From: Lobosporangium transversale
Taxonomy: Eukaryota
Assembly: GCF_002105155.1 (NCBI RefSeq)
Contig: NW_019029001.1
Location: forward strand, 248,001 to 312,000
Length of the DNA: 64,000 nt
Direction: 5' to 3'
A program made the position numbers and the translations under genes. Of the stretch, positions 26,870 through 40,593 are shown piece by piece. The notes beneath the pieces are model-generated. The model was given only the letters and a program-made list of their open reading frames with translations. It did not search any database and was not told where the DNA came from. The first letter of the stretch is position 1. Each line of letters begins with the position of its first letter.

Positions 26870-27645
26870 CATGACAATCAACAAGAAATAAAAAAAAAAA
26901 AAAAACAGACTTCCTTACGTCCCCCTTCGGTATGTGTATCTGTCTGAACACGTCCTAACTGACATCCTCTCGACAATCCTTCCAAGGCTGCAGTGTTTGA
27001 ATGTGTACAGGGAACAAAAGAAGTCTAGATACAGGCTCTCTTTGTGACATTGAAGGAGATCGCATGTTTCATGGCTATCGAGACAAGGTACCCCTACAGG
27101 CACAAGACAAAGGTATAACTCGGTTCAAACTCAAAGGAACGACTTTACCAATGGCCTTGTTCTGAATCCACTTGCCTATGACACAGTCCAGACGAAGAGA
27201 CAGCAGCAGTCTGACGTAGATGAAGAAGATCTCAGCCAGGAATTGAAACTTTCTCAAGGATTCCTTAACACGGCGTGTTTTAAAGGCAGCCGGTGAAGGC
27301 CTGATAGATGAAGACTACGCAAACATAAGCTGGAAGAGGGGCCCCAAACTTCTTGAAAACGTTGGACTCATATTCCATGAGCCAGGGCGATGCTCATTTG
27401 CAAATACCACAACTACCGTCTAATGCGATCCTGGTATTGTTAATGCCCTTACGTTTTCTTCGCTAGACCGTCACAACCCTGACCTGCGTCAAACGGTGAA
27501 GGTGAGAAGTAGGCTCGTCAACAGCCTGTGTGCCTTATATGCGTTGCACCAATGCTCACTGACAGGTTGAGCCTAAACTCGAGATACCAAAATAGCCTTC
27601 TTTGAATCCATGGAGGAAAGACACCAAGCCGGCAACAACAATAGG
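26870..27645 (+). pseudogene. Decayed, internally deleted Fanzor paralog (D), head-to-head with gene C
   Basis: Fragments YVYLSEHVLTDIL, FTNGLVLNPLAYDT, ISWKRGPKLLENV and DPGIVNALTFSSLDRHNP are colinear with LCLTEACLLDIL, FTNGLTLTLLAYDT, INWKQRSRLLENV and DPGERYSMTIAKLDPRKP of gene C. Confidence 0.75.
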
Positions 27646-27867
27646 ATATGATCAGTTGCATATTTCACAGTACACGTGTTACATGAAAATTTATAATACA
27701 GACATACTAACAGCTCTATGTCCCATGGTGTGGTGCCCGAGACAAACTTGCAGTTTTATTTTGATACAAATTTGGATAAATGCCCCATGGATGTGATGTG
27801 TGAACCCACATCCTATTCTCACTTCTGCTCCCTGGTTACTATTCGTCTGTCTAAAATATTTCATGAG

Positions 27868-28002
27868 CTACTACAAACATGACTAGGTCGGGAAAGGCCT
27901 TCGTCTTGAAAAAGTTGTAAGTATTAGCTTGACAGTGCTTTCTTGACTAATCTCTTTATTTCTATGCTTGGTCTAGATGGTGTTTTTTTATGGGGAGGAC
28001 TA
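27868..28002 (+). ncRNA. Candidate omegaRNA scaffold, copy D, with 60-nt intron (27917-27976)
   Basis: ctactacaaacatgactaggtcgggaaaggccttcgtcttgaaaaagtt|GTAAGTA..CTAAT..TAG|atggtgtttttttatggggaggacta. Confidence 0.5.
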
Positions 28003-31000
28003 TTTAGACAACATATAGACCCCACATATCCTAATCTATAATGAATTGGTTTGGTGATATTGTTGTAAAAAATAGGTATATCTTCGCTTAAGGGACAGAA
28101 AGATAGACACAAGCAGGAAAAGGCAGGACAAAGGGTGTCAACAAGGTTAACAAGAGAAAATAGAGTCAAATAACCTTGACTACAAACAGCACCATAGAAT
28201 GTCAAAAGATGGGAGCTTTATAGGTGAGCTCACAAACTGAGTTACCGGAAGACAAATGCTTGTTGTGAAAAGGGGAAAAAGATAAATGGCAAGATGAACT
28301 GCGGATGAAGAATAAGACATGTGGGGAAAACTGAAGACTTTATTAAGAAGGAAGTTTCTTTGGCTTTTATACTCGGTAGTTTCTAGGTGAGGCGGACCCG
28401 CCTATGACTACAAAGGCTTTGCGCAAAGATTCCTTTAAGCTGGTTCGACAGATTAGTGGATACAAGATAAACTGAAATTAATTTTAATGACCAGTTGACC
28501 AGTCACACCACTTGCAATAACAAGCGAGTCAATTGGCTGCCAATACATTTAAGAGTATTCAAAAAATATAAGGGATTGCGACCAAATGGAACTGGCTATA
28601 CTAACCTGTACAAGCCATAAAAGGATCGCGTGTGCCTGATTTCCATACTTTCTGATCTTAACATCCACGTGAAATGGAGTGAGAAACGATCACTATTTAA
28701 TAATAATGATCATTGTCTTTATAATTGCAATACTTGTTTATAAATCTAACTATTTTAGTAAAACGTTATAATTGAGCAAGAATTAACGTAATGTTTATCG
28801 TTAAGCTGTAATGTAAGAAAAGCTGTTTCAGCCAAGGAAGCACAGCATCCTTATATTGGGATTGTGAGTCTATTCAAGTAAGGAATGTTTCGCTGGGTGT
28901 CATCATATAACAAATGCAATTAAAATAGGCGGTGGCGATCATTGCGTAGAAATTATCCGTTTCTCCCTAGCCCGTTATGTTTCAGCATTTTTCACCGTCC
29001 AGCGAGGCGGGTTAACATAATAAAAATTAAGGAGAAAAGAGCCGATTTGTGTAAGGTAATAAGGGTCTAATATCACTCTCTAAGATGCATGTATAAATAT
29101 AAATGTAATAACATCAGCAATGAGCCTGCCAAGTTACCATAGTCTAGTGGGTTCGAGATTCAGAAACTCCACGAGACCAAAGTTGATGTATATATATATA
29201 TATAGTATATATAAATGTGTATGTATAAATGTAACGCTACTACATTGTTGACATTTAGCAACAAAAGCACAGATCGCCACAATGTGTATAAGCCAATATA
29301 GGCTATTTATTATAACATTTACAAGTCATTCACTCTGTTGATGGTAAGGCATCGATGAGGGACACCCTTTTTTGTTTGTGGCAACAAGGCATATCATGAT
29401 CGAATAAGAGTTATGGCAATAAACAAACAACCAACAAATGGACATGTCGACTCTCGACTCCCGCCAGCCCTGCCACCTCCTTTTTCTTTCAAAAATCTGT
29501 GACGTTAGATTGGTGGACAGATTCTGGCTCTCTGTCCATGCGACGCTTTGGTACGTTATATAATATGATTCTGTTCTCAATAGGAGCCCACATCGCTGAG
29601 AAAAAAGACCTGTTTTGTGGCGGTTCATTTTGATGTTTGAGATATTCATTTATAATATAAACATGTATATTACACATATATATATATATATATATAATAT
29701 TATAGGTATATATATAATATTATAGGTATATATATTTAAAGTAGAGGAATGATATGGTGGCTGATTTTACATGTGGAGGTTCACGACAATACGAGGTAGA
29801 CCTTAATGTTTATTACTTGTTTTAGATTTACTGAAGTTTATTCCTGTAATCTAACCTAGCCACGCATCTCGGCAGTTGGAAATCCCCCGAAATAAAGACC
29901 CTGCTCGGTCTATGCAGGTTCCAGCATGCATGGAGTTGAAGTGAAAGGAACTTCATCTTTTTATTGGTCTCCACAGACCGCGTTGCTGCGGGCTTTTTTT
30001 GAAAAAAAAAAAAAAAAAAAAAAAAAAGTACTTGAGTCCCTGATTTATCCCGTAAATCAACTTGGAATAGAATAAGTATACATCAAGGCTTACCATTAGA
30101 AGGCTGATTTTGTGGATAATTTTATACGGGATGTTTGAAAAGCAAATTGAATGCAGGCCTTTCTTCGCAGCTGCAACTGCTCCGAAAATCTGTGACTTAC
30201 CAAAAAAAGATTGTCGCATGAAGGTATATTTGTATACGGCATATGTATAAGGATTGGAGCATAATATGTAAAACGCATGAAAACGAAGAAGTGGGAGGAG
30301 TTGTGGAAAGGGATGATGAGGACCTATCTGCGGAATCACGAACCATGCACATTTGTTCAAGAATGCACTAGTCTATAGTACTTCATAATAGGGGAGGGAC
30401 AGATGGATGCGCGTGTGAAATGGACTGTAATAGAGGACCCTGATAAATATACAAATACACATATATATATATAATATATTATAAATGTTTGTTTAAATGT
30501 GTGATGCATGGTTGCTCTTTACATTGTGTAAATCATTGAGTGTCTTGAGTCCACACGCCTTTCATTAATTCCCTCATTCTCTGTTTGTGTCTCCTATCTC
30601 GTCATAGACTGCAGCCCATCGACAACAAAGAGGTGAGATACAAATTAAACAGTAGTCTATCCCTTTTCTTCTCTTGGGGCTTCTCTCATGCAGTCGTAAT
30701 CAGCGGCAGTTGAAAAACAGCAATCTTCATGTAGGGACCAGACTACAAATGTATGGTCCGGTTCAGTAGGTTACAACCTATATATTTTTACACAAAGAGA
30801 TGAATAAATTAATTTTGGTGGCTGACAACAAGTAAATTAATTGGCTACCAATACATCCGAAATAATCGGCTAGATTTGCCGGGTTATTATATATCTTATG
30901 AACCAGTACATAATCTCTATATATATATATATATATATACATGTATATGTTTATTATACATATATGGAATAAAGATTTTATAATTTGTACGTTGAACAGG

Positions 31001-32667
31001 CTTGTCCTTTGTTCTTTTGTGTGTTCTCAAATGTGATGATTTTGTATTAGATGTCTCTGATTATATATTATACGTATATAAATTTGCAAGCTTTGATGTT
31101 ACGGCTAACAAAGAGCCGATCATCTTGTGCTAACCTGTGCATGCTCATGCGCGTGCGTGCGTGAGTGTGATCGCAAAGACAACAAAATGAGTGGCATGGA
31201 GAGCATAAGATGCGAGACTAAGCTTTTATTTTTTGCTTGCTAAAAAAGGTTTGGCTGCTTCATGCAATGCAAGAGCCCCTTGTTTTTTTGCTCCTTCTTT
31301 TTTCCAGTTAAGAGGAGAGAGCAAAAAAAAAATTGAGCGAGGGAGATGTCATCGAACCAAAAGGACACAAAACAATCCATTGAATTAGACAAATATATTA
31401 TATATATACAAACGAGTTGTTCTTTCTCCTTTTTTTTCATTCAATTCCATGTGTGCGTGCGTGCACTGTATTCATCTCAACTCAGCTCAGCTCAGACAGC
31501 AACTCTTACTTTGAATATATTATATTATATATATATATATATACACATTTATATCTATTCAATTGTATTTAAATGTATTTTTAAATTATTGCGCGGCTTG
31601 TTGACCTGTTGGTTTCTATCAGTCCTACACCTCCTTGGTTCCTTTCTCCACCCAGCCAGTCTACCACCAGAAAGTAAAAAAGACATATCAAGATATATAT
31701 TATATCACTTAACTCCGCGCTAGACCATTAGGTACAGATATATATTATATATATACAATACTGACTATAGGCTTAAAGATTAAACTTAATAAATATATAC
31801 CCGCTAAAATAGGTAATCTGTTTAAATCATATTATAAATATGAACATATATGTCTAGCTTGCGTGTATTGTATTATAGTCTAGTTTAACAGCTGTCTATT
31901 TATTATATATATATGTATATAGTATATATATATATTAATTTATTATTGATATTGTCTCTATTTATTATAATTTATTATATAGATACTTTTCTCTATTCAG
32001 TTTCCATGTCCACTGTATATATATATTTGTAAATATATATATACAAGTATACCAAAGATACCAAAGTGTACACAAGATTTATATCCGCTTTGTTCCCCTT
32101 GTCTACATTTCCATTTGTGTGTCCAATGTCCTGTTTCCCATAGTCCTCAGTCCGTCCGTCCTCATCCAATCTCCGACTCACACGCTATTTTATCCTACTT
32201 TGTCTTGTCATGCTTGTTTGTTTTGCGTCTATTTGTTTATTTTTTGTTGTCTGTCTTTCTTCGTTCGTTCCTTTCTGTTTCTAGTCCCTTCCTTCCGGCT
32301 GACCGTTGTATCATTTTGCATTACATATTCTAATCCATACAAAACAAGCTCAATTATAAAGTATGTGAGCAATATCCGACTCAATACTCTCTTTCAATGG
32401 ATCTAATTCATTCCAATTCAATATTAGTCTACATTTTCAATCCTATATAAACCTGACCATACTTCTTTGTTTCCCTCTTTTTTTTTTTATACCTGCCGTT
32501 CTTGATCTTTTTATCCTTCCATTTCCGTCATTTGTTTTTCCTGTCAACAGCGTCCCGCTTGTCTGCCTCTCAGCGGGAAGAAATTTCAACTCCTTTATTT
32601 CCTTCCACCCTTTATTTCCCTGATTCACGTGATAATAATCAATCTATACATCTTTCGCACGCGTACT

Positions 32668-33378
32668 ATGACCATGTCTCCCACACTTACTATGTCCTCA
32701 TCCTATTCATTATCACACCCTTCACAACTTACCAAGACCCATGCAACTCACACAGTCTTTCATAGCAGGACAAACAGCGAATCTTTCTTGTTCACACCTC
32801 CTCTCTCTCCTACTGAACAACAGCTCTTGGAGTTTCTAATCCCTGACATCGAACCATCAGAGTTGGCCGCCTATCTTTCGGCACCCACCACACCCGTCCT
32901 TTCTGACGTGTCATGTTTGATTGGACAGAGCCCTGTACTTGCCGAGGAGCATCCTATGTCCAGTGCTTATGTCAACAACCTTGAGACTGTTTATCCTAGT
33001 CCTGTTTGTGCAGCTGCCGCAGCCACGGTTGTTGCTCTAGATCGCTTAGATGGTGGAGATGTGTATCCCATGCTCTCCACCTCGCCTACAAGCCTTCAGA
33101 TGGACTCGATGCTTCATGCCAAGAAGAAGCGATGTTCTACCTATGCCTTCCTTGGTTCGGAGGATGAAGAAAATTGTGATGGATCTTCGGATTTTTCAAG
33201 TTCTCCCGTTTATGTGATGTCTAGCCGTAATTCCCGTAAACGTCTGATGCTCGAGCAAGCTTTCGTCAGTCCAGATGATGAAGAGAGCTGCTACGCCCAA
33301 ATTTTCCAAGGGACTTCCTCAAATGACTCGACATCTGATCTCTCAACTACTCTTGCATTTGATCTCGTCTTGGTTTAA
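32668..33378 (+). CDS. Hypothetical Ser/Pro-rich protein
   Basis: Single open frame of about 236 codons in an AT-rich context, with an FTPPLSP motif; no family recognised. Confidence 0.55.
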   Translation: MTMSPTLTMSSSYSLSHPSQLTKTHATHTVFHSRTNSESFLFTPPLSPTEQQLLEFLIPDIEPSELAAYLSAPTTPVLSDVSCLIGQSPVLAEEHPMSSAYVNNLETVYPSPVCAAAAATVVALDRLDGGDVYPMLSTSPTSLQMDSMLHAKKKRCSTYAFLGSEDEENCDGSSDFSSSPVYVMSSRNSRKRLMLEQAFVSPDDEESCYAQIFQGTSSNDSTSDLSTTLAFDLVLV

Positions 33379-33745
33379 AGGACCCCTATTTTCATTTTTA
33401 TTTTTATTTTTTCTTTTGTTACTTTTTTATTATTGTACAATTCGCGCGTTTTTTTAGCATCATCTGGCATTTTTTTTTTTTTCTTTTTTGTAAAATGATT
33501 GCTGTACAGTAGATATTTATCAATTTTGCTCTTTCTTTTTTATTGTTTTCTTGTAAGCTGTACATTGTAACATCGCTCGCTTTCATTTTTCACATTGTAG
33601 CAGTAGTAGTCTCGATAACAGAGTAGCAATCCAGACGCATTGTAACCATACTTTATTATTAAAAATATATTAAAAGAGGAGGAGAGCTTTCTCTTCCTCA
33701 GCTTTTTGGCATACTCAATGGCACTGAAAGCCACCATATAATAGA

Positions 33746-36700
33746 TTATTTTACATTGCATGCATTGATATGGAGTGTTTCTTGGATATACAGTCTTGTT
33801 TCCTGAGGAAGATCAACTAGTTTTGCCAATAGAATGGTTTAATTGTCAGTACCATGGCTTCATCAATATAAGAAAGCAAATCATTTTTTCTTTACCTTGA
33901 CAGCAAGATTTGACTGCAGCCAACAGAGGCGCCAGCTTTTGTATGCTAGTATCCTTTTTTCTTCGTGATACACTCTCTACTTCGGAAAACGAAATAGTAG
34001 GAGCTACATCCAAGTAATATACAATCTCGATGGCGCGTCTTTGAAGCTTAGGAGGCAAGTTCACAAAAGGTCCCATCACTGTCCGCTTTTCGTCTTTGTT
34101 GTCTTTTCCTGCCACTGTGACACAGAAGAAGAGGGTCATATAGCTCTGGAAAGTCTTTAAAAATTCAACACGCTCCTTTTCATGTGTTGTTTCTGTATGA
34201 CAATCGCCTGCAATCATCACCACCCATGCTAACAAGTCTAAGATAATTTGAGTTGTCTCAATCCTCTCGATTCCAAGATCCCACAACAGTTTAGGCAATT
34301 TGAGTAGACTAGCCGTAAGGAGCCGGGACATCCTTTCCACTGACTCCTTTTGTTCTCGTCGATATTTCTTGGACACTCCTGCTAGATCCCTTTGTACTGT
34401 TCCAGCACACGCTCCAGGAATCAAGACGCTGAAAGAGCCAGTATAGTGAGGATGTGATTGAATCTTTAAAGGTATATACGACATTGCCGTTAATACCATA
34501 AGCACTATGTTTTTGTCATTGTTGATTCTAATGAATTTGGGATATTTAAACCCATCTTTGTGGTTGCATACCTTGATAACTAGAGCAAGAAACTGGAGTA
34601 ATATTTTCTTGGACCCACTTTGAACATGAGCATTGTCAAAGAAATTCATTAGCCCTTCAAAAACCCATTCCCTTCTTCGAGGTTCCAGACAGTTCAGCAA
34701 AGTCCACAGTGTTGGTAAAAGTGAAACTAAATCTTGTGCTTTAAAATCAGTTGACAAGCTGCTCATTCGCGACGGTTTTCCAGTATTAGTATTGATGAGA
34801 CAATCTTTATCCTCAGCTTCGGGATGAACCCATCCTAGTGCGTCAAGAACGAATTGAACGACTTGATCTGCCCATTTAGGGGCTTCGGTCTGTACAACGA
34901 CCGTATCATCACCGTTACGACCCTCCGACACCAAAACATCCTCGTCACTATCATAGTCTGATGACGAAGAAAAGAAAGGTTCATCTGCTACCGTTACTGC
35001 CTGGCGTTTCTTGACCTCTTTATTGGAGGGCTGACATGAAGTCTTGACAACTTGTCTTTTCTTTATCTCCGATTTGTAGCTTGGCTTCTGCACACTGCTC
35101 CTCTGTTGCTGCCGTGTTCTTCCAACACCCGGAGCCAGTAAAAAAAGCGAAGTCAGTTCACAATAGATTGTATTCATCTCTTGCAGTGTTGCAGTCACCT
35201 ATATAGCCAAGAATAGCCAAGGACGACCATAGAGACAATGAAAACTAAGATAAGTAAAATATCCTTTCAGGCTAGTAGGGCTCAAAAAAATGAGGAGACA
35301 ATCTCCACTTGAATGTTCTTTGACAAAGGATGTGTTACAGGAGACATACCTTAGGGTTCATCATGGCTAGAGTATCCTTGCCGAATGGAAAATAAATTGA
35401 AACATGTCGAAGCAAGCTCTGGAGATACTCCTCTAACCATATTTGTTCTTCTCTTTCCATGCTTGCTTCGAGTTCAGAATCTGCATTCATTTTTTTAGGA
35501 CGCGCAAGAGCTGCCCTCCAGAGAATCCCCCAAATCTTGAGAACTAGGTGAGTGATTGCCAAGGTATGGTTGGCATGGATGCTTGTTGAAGAAGCAAAAA
35601 CGGCAGGTGCATTGTCCAGCCATAAGGAGAGAAGCAATGGGTGTAGAGTTGAAATCAATGGTCTAACTTGCGCAAGCCTGCCTTGGATGCCTCCTAGAAT
35701 GTTCTCACCGCCTTCTCCACCTCCATTTGTACTGATGTTAGCTTCTGTCACTGTTGCAGCAGATCCTCTTCCCCCCTGTTGCGGAAAAATCCTGATTTGA
35801 ATATTAGCTGCCTCTCTGAAGTCGCTAATCGGGTCTTTAATCCCTCCAAATATTGTTCTCGTCATGGGCGAGCATGAGGTAATTGGATGAATTGGGAACG
35901 TGGAGAGAATACCGTGATGTGTTTGAGCACGGCTGAAAGATATAAAAGGTGAAGAATTAAACATGAGATACTCATCTTGGACATTCCTTTCAGAATGAGT
36001 CGATTGGTCGCTATCAATAGATTCGTTGTCTGTGCCCATTTCTCCCTCCTGACTGCTCGCTTCACTACCATCCCCAATATTATCAGAAGCGCTACCTACG
36101 GTACCCTTATACATTGATCTTGCAGAGGAGCGCTCGCTAACGTTCTGCTCCTGTAATTTTCGCCTCTTGATTCCCCTTGAATCCCTCAAGCTATCATGCC
36201 TATCCCACTGGGTTCTAATAGCGTTGAAAGATTTGCGAGCATATGGCGTCCCTAGGAAGTTTCTCAGAAACCAATATGGATCTTTCTCACACCCTTCGCC
36301 TCCAAGCCCTTCCTGTAAGAATCCAACCAAGCTCTGCAAGACATCACATTTGGCCTTTAGTGACCCTGGCGCATTCTTCCCTGTACTAGCCCTTGACACA
36401 AGCCTAGATGCAGAGAGTGATGATCCCAATCCACCTAACGTCGCATTCGTGAGTGAGGTATTAAAAGACATGGTACTTGAGAGCTTGGATACGTTCGTAG
36501 CATTTGAGTCTGAGGTCAAAAGCGACACGTAATTGGGGATAATCTATGAAGGATAAAAAATATTAATATATTGTTATTCACATGCTTTCTTACAGCCGAG
36601 CACCCACTAATAGCTCTTTCTTCAATAAGCCTCACGGTATACATACTTTATCCCAGAATCCATCAACAACAATCTGACCTCCTGCTGCCACCCACAGATC

Positions 36701-37533
36701 CATAAACTTTAGAGCGTCCTCACGAATATCCTCCAGAATGTGTGTCATGGCGGAGCAAGTGTAAACAACTAGAAGCGGCAGAAAGGGGTGAACATCTCGA
36801 GGATGAAGCATTGGAATGAACTCTGATAGGAAATTCTGCAATGTCTTGCGAACTATACTGGACTGATCAAATGAGAAAGAAATGATGGCCATATTAAACA
36901 TCACGATCGTCTATGGATATACATAAAGGGCTATCTTGAGATAATCAACAGGTAGAACGAGCATACATCATCGATTAAAAGTCGGACTATTGCGTTGACA
37001 AGTACACCAAGGTGAAGGGACAGAAGATGAGGATGATGATCAAAGAGATCACGCAGGCCCAAGATAGCATCTTTACGATTGCCTGGACTGTAGTGCTTCA
37101 GTTGTGTAATTAGTTCCGCAAACGTGGCATTGCGCGAATTTGTGAGTAGAGTGGTCTTGTCATGCGTAATAGATTGACTAGGGAGCGAGATTGCTATAAA
37201 AAAAGGGGGATAAGAATGACAGTTGTGAGCTCCTTTGGGGAGGGGGAATTGTACAAGTTATAGTCTTTGGAGTGATTTTTACCTTTTGCTTTAAAGGATG
37301 TATCCGTAAAGTTGTCCGCAACAGCCTTTTTCTTTCCTACTTTCAGTTTAGTTTTCTAATAACATGTATAGAATTCATCGATGCAATCGATGCAATGATG
37401 ATCATAGTCAAGGTTAGAAAGTGATAAGAAACTCTTATGAACCTCCAGTCAATAATTTACACTCATGTGCTTTAACTCGCACCTTAAAGTCAGCATCTTT
37501 TTGCTTTTTTTTCTTATTGCTTGACTTTGGCAT
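33746..37533 (-). CDS. IPI1: IPI1/TEX10 pre-rRNA processing protein (Rix1 complex), multi-exon
   Basis: MPKSSNKKKKQKDADFK|KTKLKVGKKK..NFTDTSFKAK|AISLPSQSI..QLKHYS..RKDAILGL..SAMTHILEDIREDALKFMD is the Ipi1_N domain; last exon ends with TAA at 33746. Confidence 0.9.
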
Positions 37534-39477
37534 GACAGATGCAATAGGACGTTGAGGAGGAGGATTAGAACAGGACAAAAATGAAGAATGAAAGAACCAA
37601 AGAACATGGTTCTCTTTTTTTTTTTTTTTTACTTTTATTTATTTAAGCGGCTTAGTTTCTGAGATCAGATCAATCTTTCTCTTTTAACTCCTGTTGCCAT
37701 CTCATGTGCTCTTAACAAAGACGATGTCAATGTTGGTCTTCTTCGTTCGACCATCGTTGCCTTCACCTGTCGATTGCGAATCCCACCCATCTATTGGAAC
37801 CATTTTATTTTCTCTCACTTTCAATTGTATTTTCTCTTGAGTATGCCACCGATCTTACTTTCTGTCTCTTACATCCTGGACCTTTCTATTACCTGTTTTT
37901 TTTTTTTTTATCTCTTCGTCTAATCTGGAGCGATTTGGCTCTGGATTCTCTTTGAAAACTCAATTTATAAAGATTTTCTCCAAAACGAGCAATGAAATGC
38001 CCTCTATTAATCGAAGTCGATTCTTGAACCATCCGCATAATTAGCACTGTTAAAAAATCCGAAATATTTAAGCCCTAATATCACACCAACCAGCTTGGTT
38101 CCTCGGAATAAAATGCAATGTATTACACAATTATACATGAAGAACGAATTTATAAAATTTGAAGCCACCAGGCCCAGTTTCTGAAGTCTGGGGCAGGTTC
38201 CCTCATGGTCTCTTTTTTTGATTTCACTTATGAGTTGCATCAAAGAATTTCACTTGCTTTCAACATTGCTTGGCCTGTTTGAATCCCACACAACTTCATA
38301 ATTCGCAACCATTAGACACTCGTGACTTTAACTTGTCCCAAATGAATCTCCCCTTACCCACTTACACGCTCAGTATGCACCAGTTCAGTAATCAATTGAC
38401 AATCTTTGCACTTGCTATAACAGTTTTTTGAAGTCAACAATCAGAGATGAGAACCCATTCATCCCAACTATATACCATTTTCTTTATACCAATTATCATT
38501 TTCACAGCATCAATGCGCGTGAATAGAGTCTTCGTCACAAAAATATGATGAATTACTACTGATCAATATTATCATTCTCAGTCTTCGGGATTTCGTCTCT
38601 ATATTCTACGAGCAAAATACCCCAGACACTATAGCCAAAAAACAGCTATACTGCACAAATGGATGTCCATGGTTTCATAAACCCTGGCCGCCGTGATTAG
38701 TACTCAAAAACCATCTTTCCGACGTGGCCTGTTGCGTAACGCGACAAATTATCCGCTATTTATGGTCGTCAGGGGCTTCGGTCCATTTAACCGCTTCATC
38801 AGGTTCAGTTTACATTTCCCAAAGTAGCTATCTCAGGCTCATTCATTCGCGCTCTTGTGGATCTCTCTCACATTCAGTTTCTGTTATTGTCTCAGGGAAA
38901 GGACAAGGAAATCATTGCTACTACGTCTGGATATGGGTCCACACACCACACCCATGGGGTATTTATTCATTTTCTGGTAGAGGGACTTATACCAGGTAAC
39001 TACGTATCTATCTGTAGGATGACATAGGTTCGTTCTAAAAACTTCATATCAAAGATTTATCGCGTCTTTGTATGGCGCGTTATTGCCACTAATTTCTACT
39101 GCTAATCTTTTTAGTGCATTAGTGTTTTTACTAATTTTTTTCTATCATAATATTGCATACTGTGGTATATGCAACAGAGCGCGATGAGTATCACAGTTCC
39201 CACGGCGCTGCAACTCCCAACAGTAATAATTCCAGACTCCCTCTACTCTAGACTGACCTTCGCTTATTTCCTTCGAAATACAAAGCTAGAATCATGTAGG
39301 CTGTAGGATACACGTTGCTGCTTGTAGATGAAATAGAGACCCCGTGCAAATAAAAAAGACCTCCCGTGCAAATAATTTTTTTTATTTGCACGGTGGGAGC
39401 AGTGTAAGTACGGGGCAGTGCAAATAACTTCATCCATAAAAAAAAGGCCCCCATGCAAATAAAAAGGATTAGGACTA

Positions 39478-40232
39478 AGGAAAAATGCACCCCCCCGTCA
39501 GAATAAAATTCTGAGCCCCGGTTGAGAATTCCCTTGACCCCCCCCGTCAACATTCATTTTTTCGGAATTCTTACCCCTGTCCCCCCGTCAGAATTCCGGT
39601 ACACCCCCCGTAAAGATTTTCAAAATGTAAATCTTTACCCCCCCGTCAACCATCTTAATTGTGGGAATCCTTACCCCCCCGTCAACATTTTGAAGCTGTT
39701 TTTAAGAGAAGATTTTCTGTTCTTGGTTATACCTAGATCTAACTAGCTATTTAGTTCGACACCATTGATCCTCTCTTACTTTGTATCTTGCCATCAAAGC
39801 ATGACAGTAGATCAGTGGATCAGTTCCTTGATGAATGATCTCTTCCTAGATTCGTATTCATCAGGTTCAGAACCCTCGGCAACTTAACATACACCACATG
39901 CGTCCAACATAGTCTTAAAAGAAAAAGACAAAAAAACATTGCATTATTATTCAGCGTCAACGCTTGGCGATCCTAAACCATCTTTACAATTAATAGAGGT
40001 TAAGATTAAAATACTGTACTAGTTGTGTGGAAATCATAGGATGTAATACTCTTTTTTTTTTTTTTTTTTTTTTTTTTGAAAATCAGCTCCAGAATGTTGA
40101 CGGGGGGGGGGTAAGAATTGCGCGGTTGACGGGGGGATGAGAATTCCGGAAAGAGAAATGTTGACGGGGGGGTCAAGGGAATTCTCAACCGGGGGTCAAA
40201 ATTTTATTCTGACGGGGGGGTGCATTTTTCCT
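39478..40232. mobile_element. Non-autonomous TIR element (MITE) with subterminal CCCCCCGTCA repeats
   Basis: About 100-bp imperfect TIRs (aggaaaaatgcacccccccgtcagaataaaatt...), TA on both sides, no ORF. Confidence 0.85.
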
Positions 40233-40593
40233 TAATTCAAAGGATTAATCTATTTGGCAGCCCATACCAAATATAGTAATTTTTGCCTCTATTTGGCAGC
40301 CTACTTCTGGGGCTGCCACTTAACTTCGCACTCTTGGGTGGCTGCTGGGCTGCCAAATACATAACTTTTTTTTTTTTTTTTTTTTTTGATAACAGGGTCA
40401 TAACATCAGTGGTAAAACAGGCAGCGTTCTGTGGATACATTGCCTTGCACAGCTAATGCCGCCGGAGGTACTAAGGGCAGCGGCGATGACATCTTCACAA
40501 AACAGTTTTCAATGTACACGGTTAGGGAATGATTTATTGAAGACCTCTAGGTAGCAGTGAGACGCGTTTGCTCCGAGCGAAAACCTCTCATAG

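Larger units (their letters stand above)
22374..28002. mobile_element. Element 2: XPG-Fanzor element bounded by inverted omegaRNA-like ends
   Basis: Ends tagtccgtccc (22374) and ggggaggacta (28002) are inverted, diverged copies of the same unit. Contains the near-complete fusion gene (-) and a divergent Fanzor remnant (+), mirroring element 1. Confidence 0.7.

Noticed and set aside
13981..28002. Four conserved repeats near a Cas12-like nuclease read as a CRISPR array
   Set aside because: The copies are long, kilobases apart and in alternating orientation; there is no repeat-spacer periodicity.
19275..30702. 17-bp exact match tcatgcagtcgtaatca (19275 and 30686), plus a weak similarity between 28520 and 30830
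   Set aside because: Too short and isolated to assign; may be a shared promoter motif or an old duplication.
28400..32600. Short ORFs and TA-rich tracts in the long intergenic region
   Set aside because: Low-complexity (TA)n sequence with no recognisable protein motifs.
37700..39300. Possible decayed coding sequence
   Set aside because: No consistent frame or motif that I could recognise.
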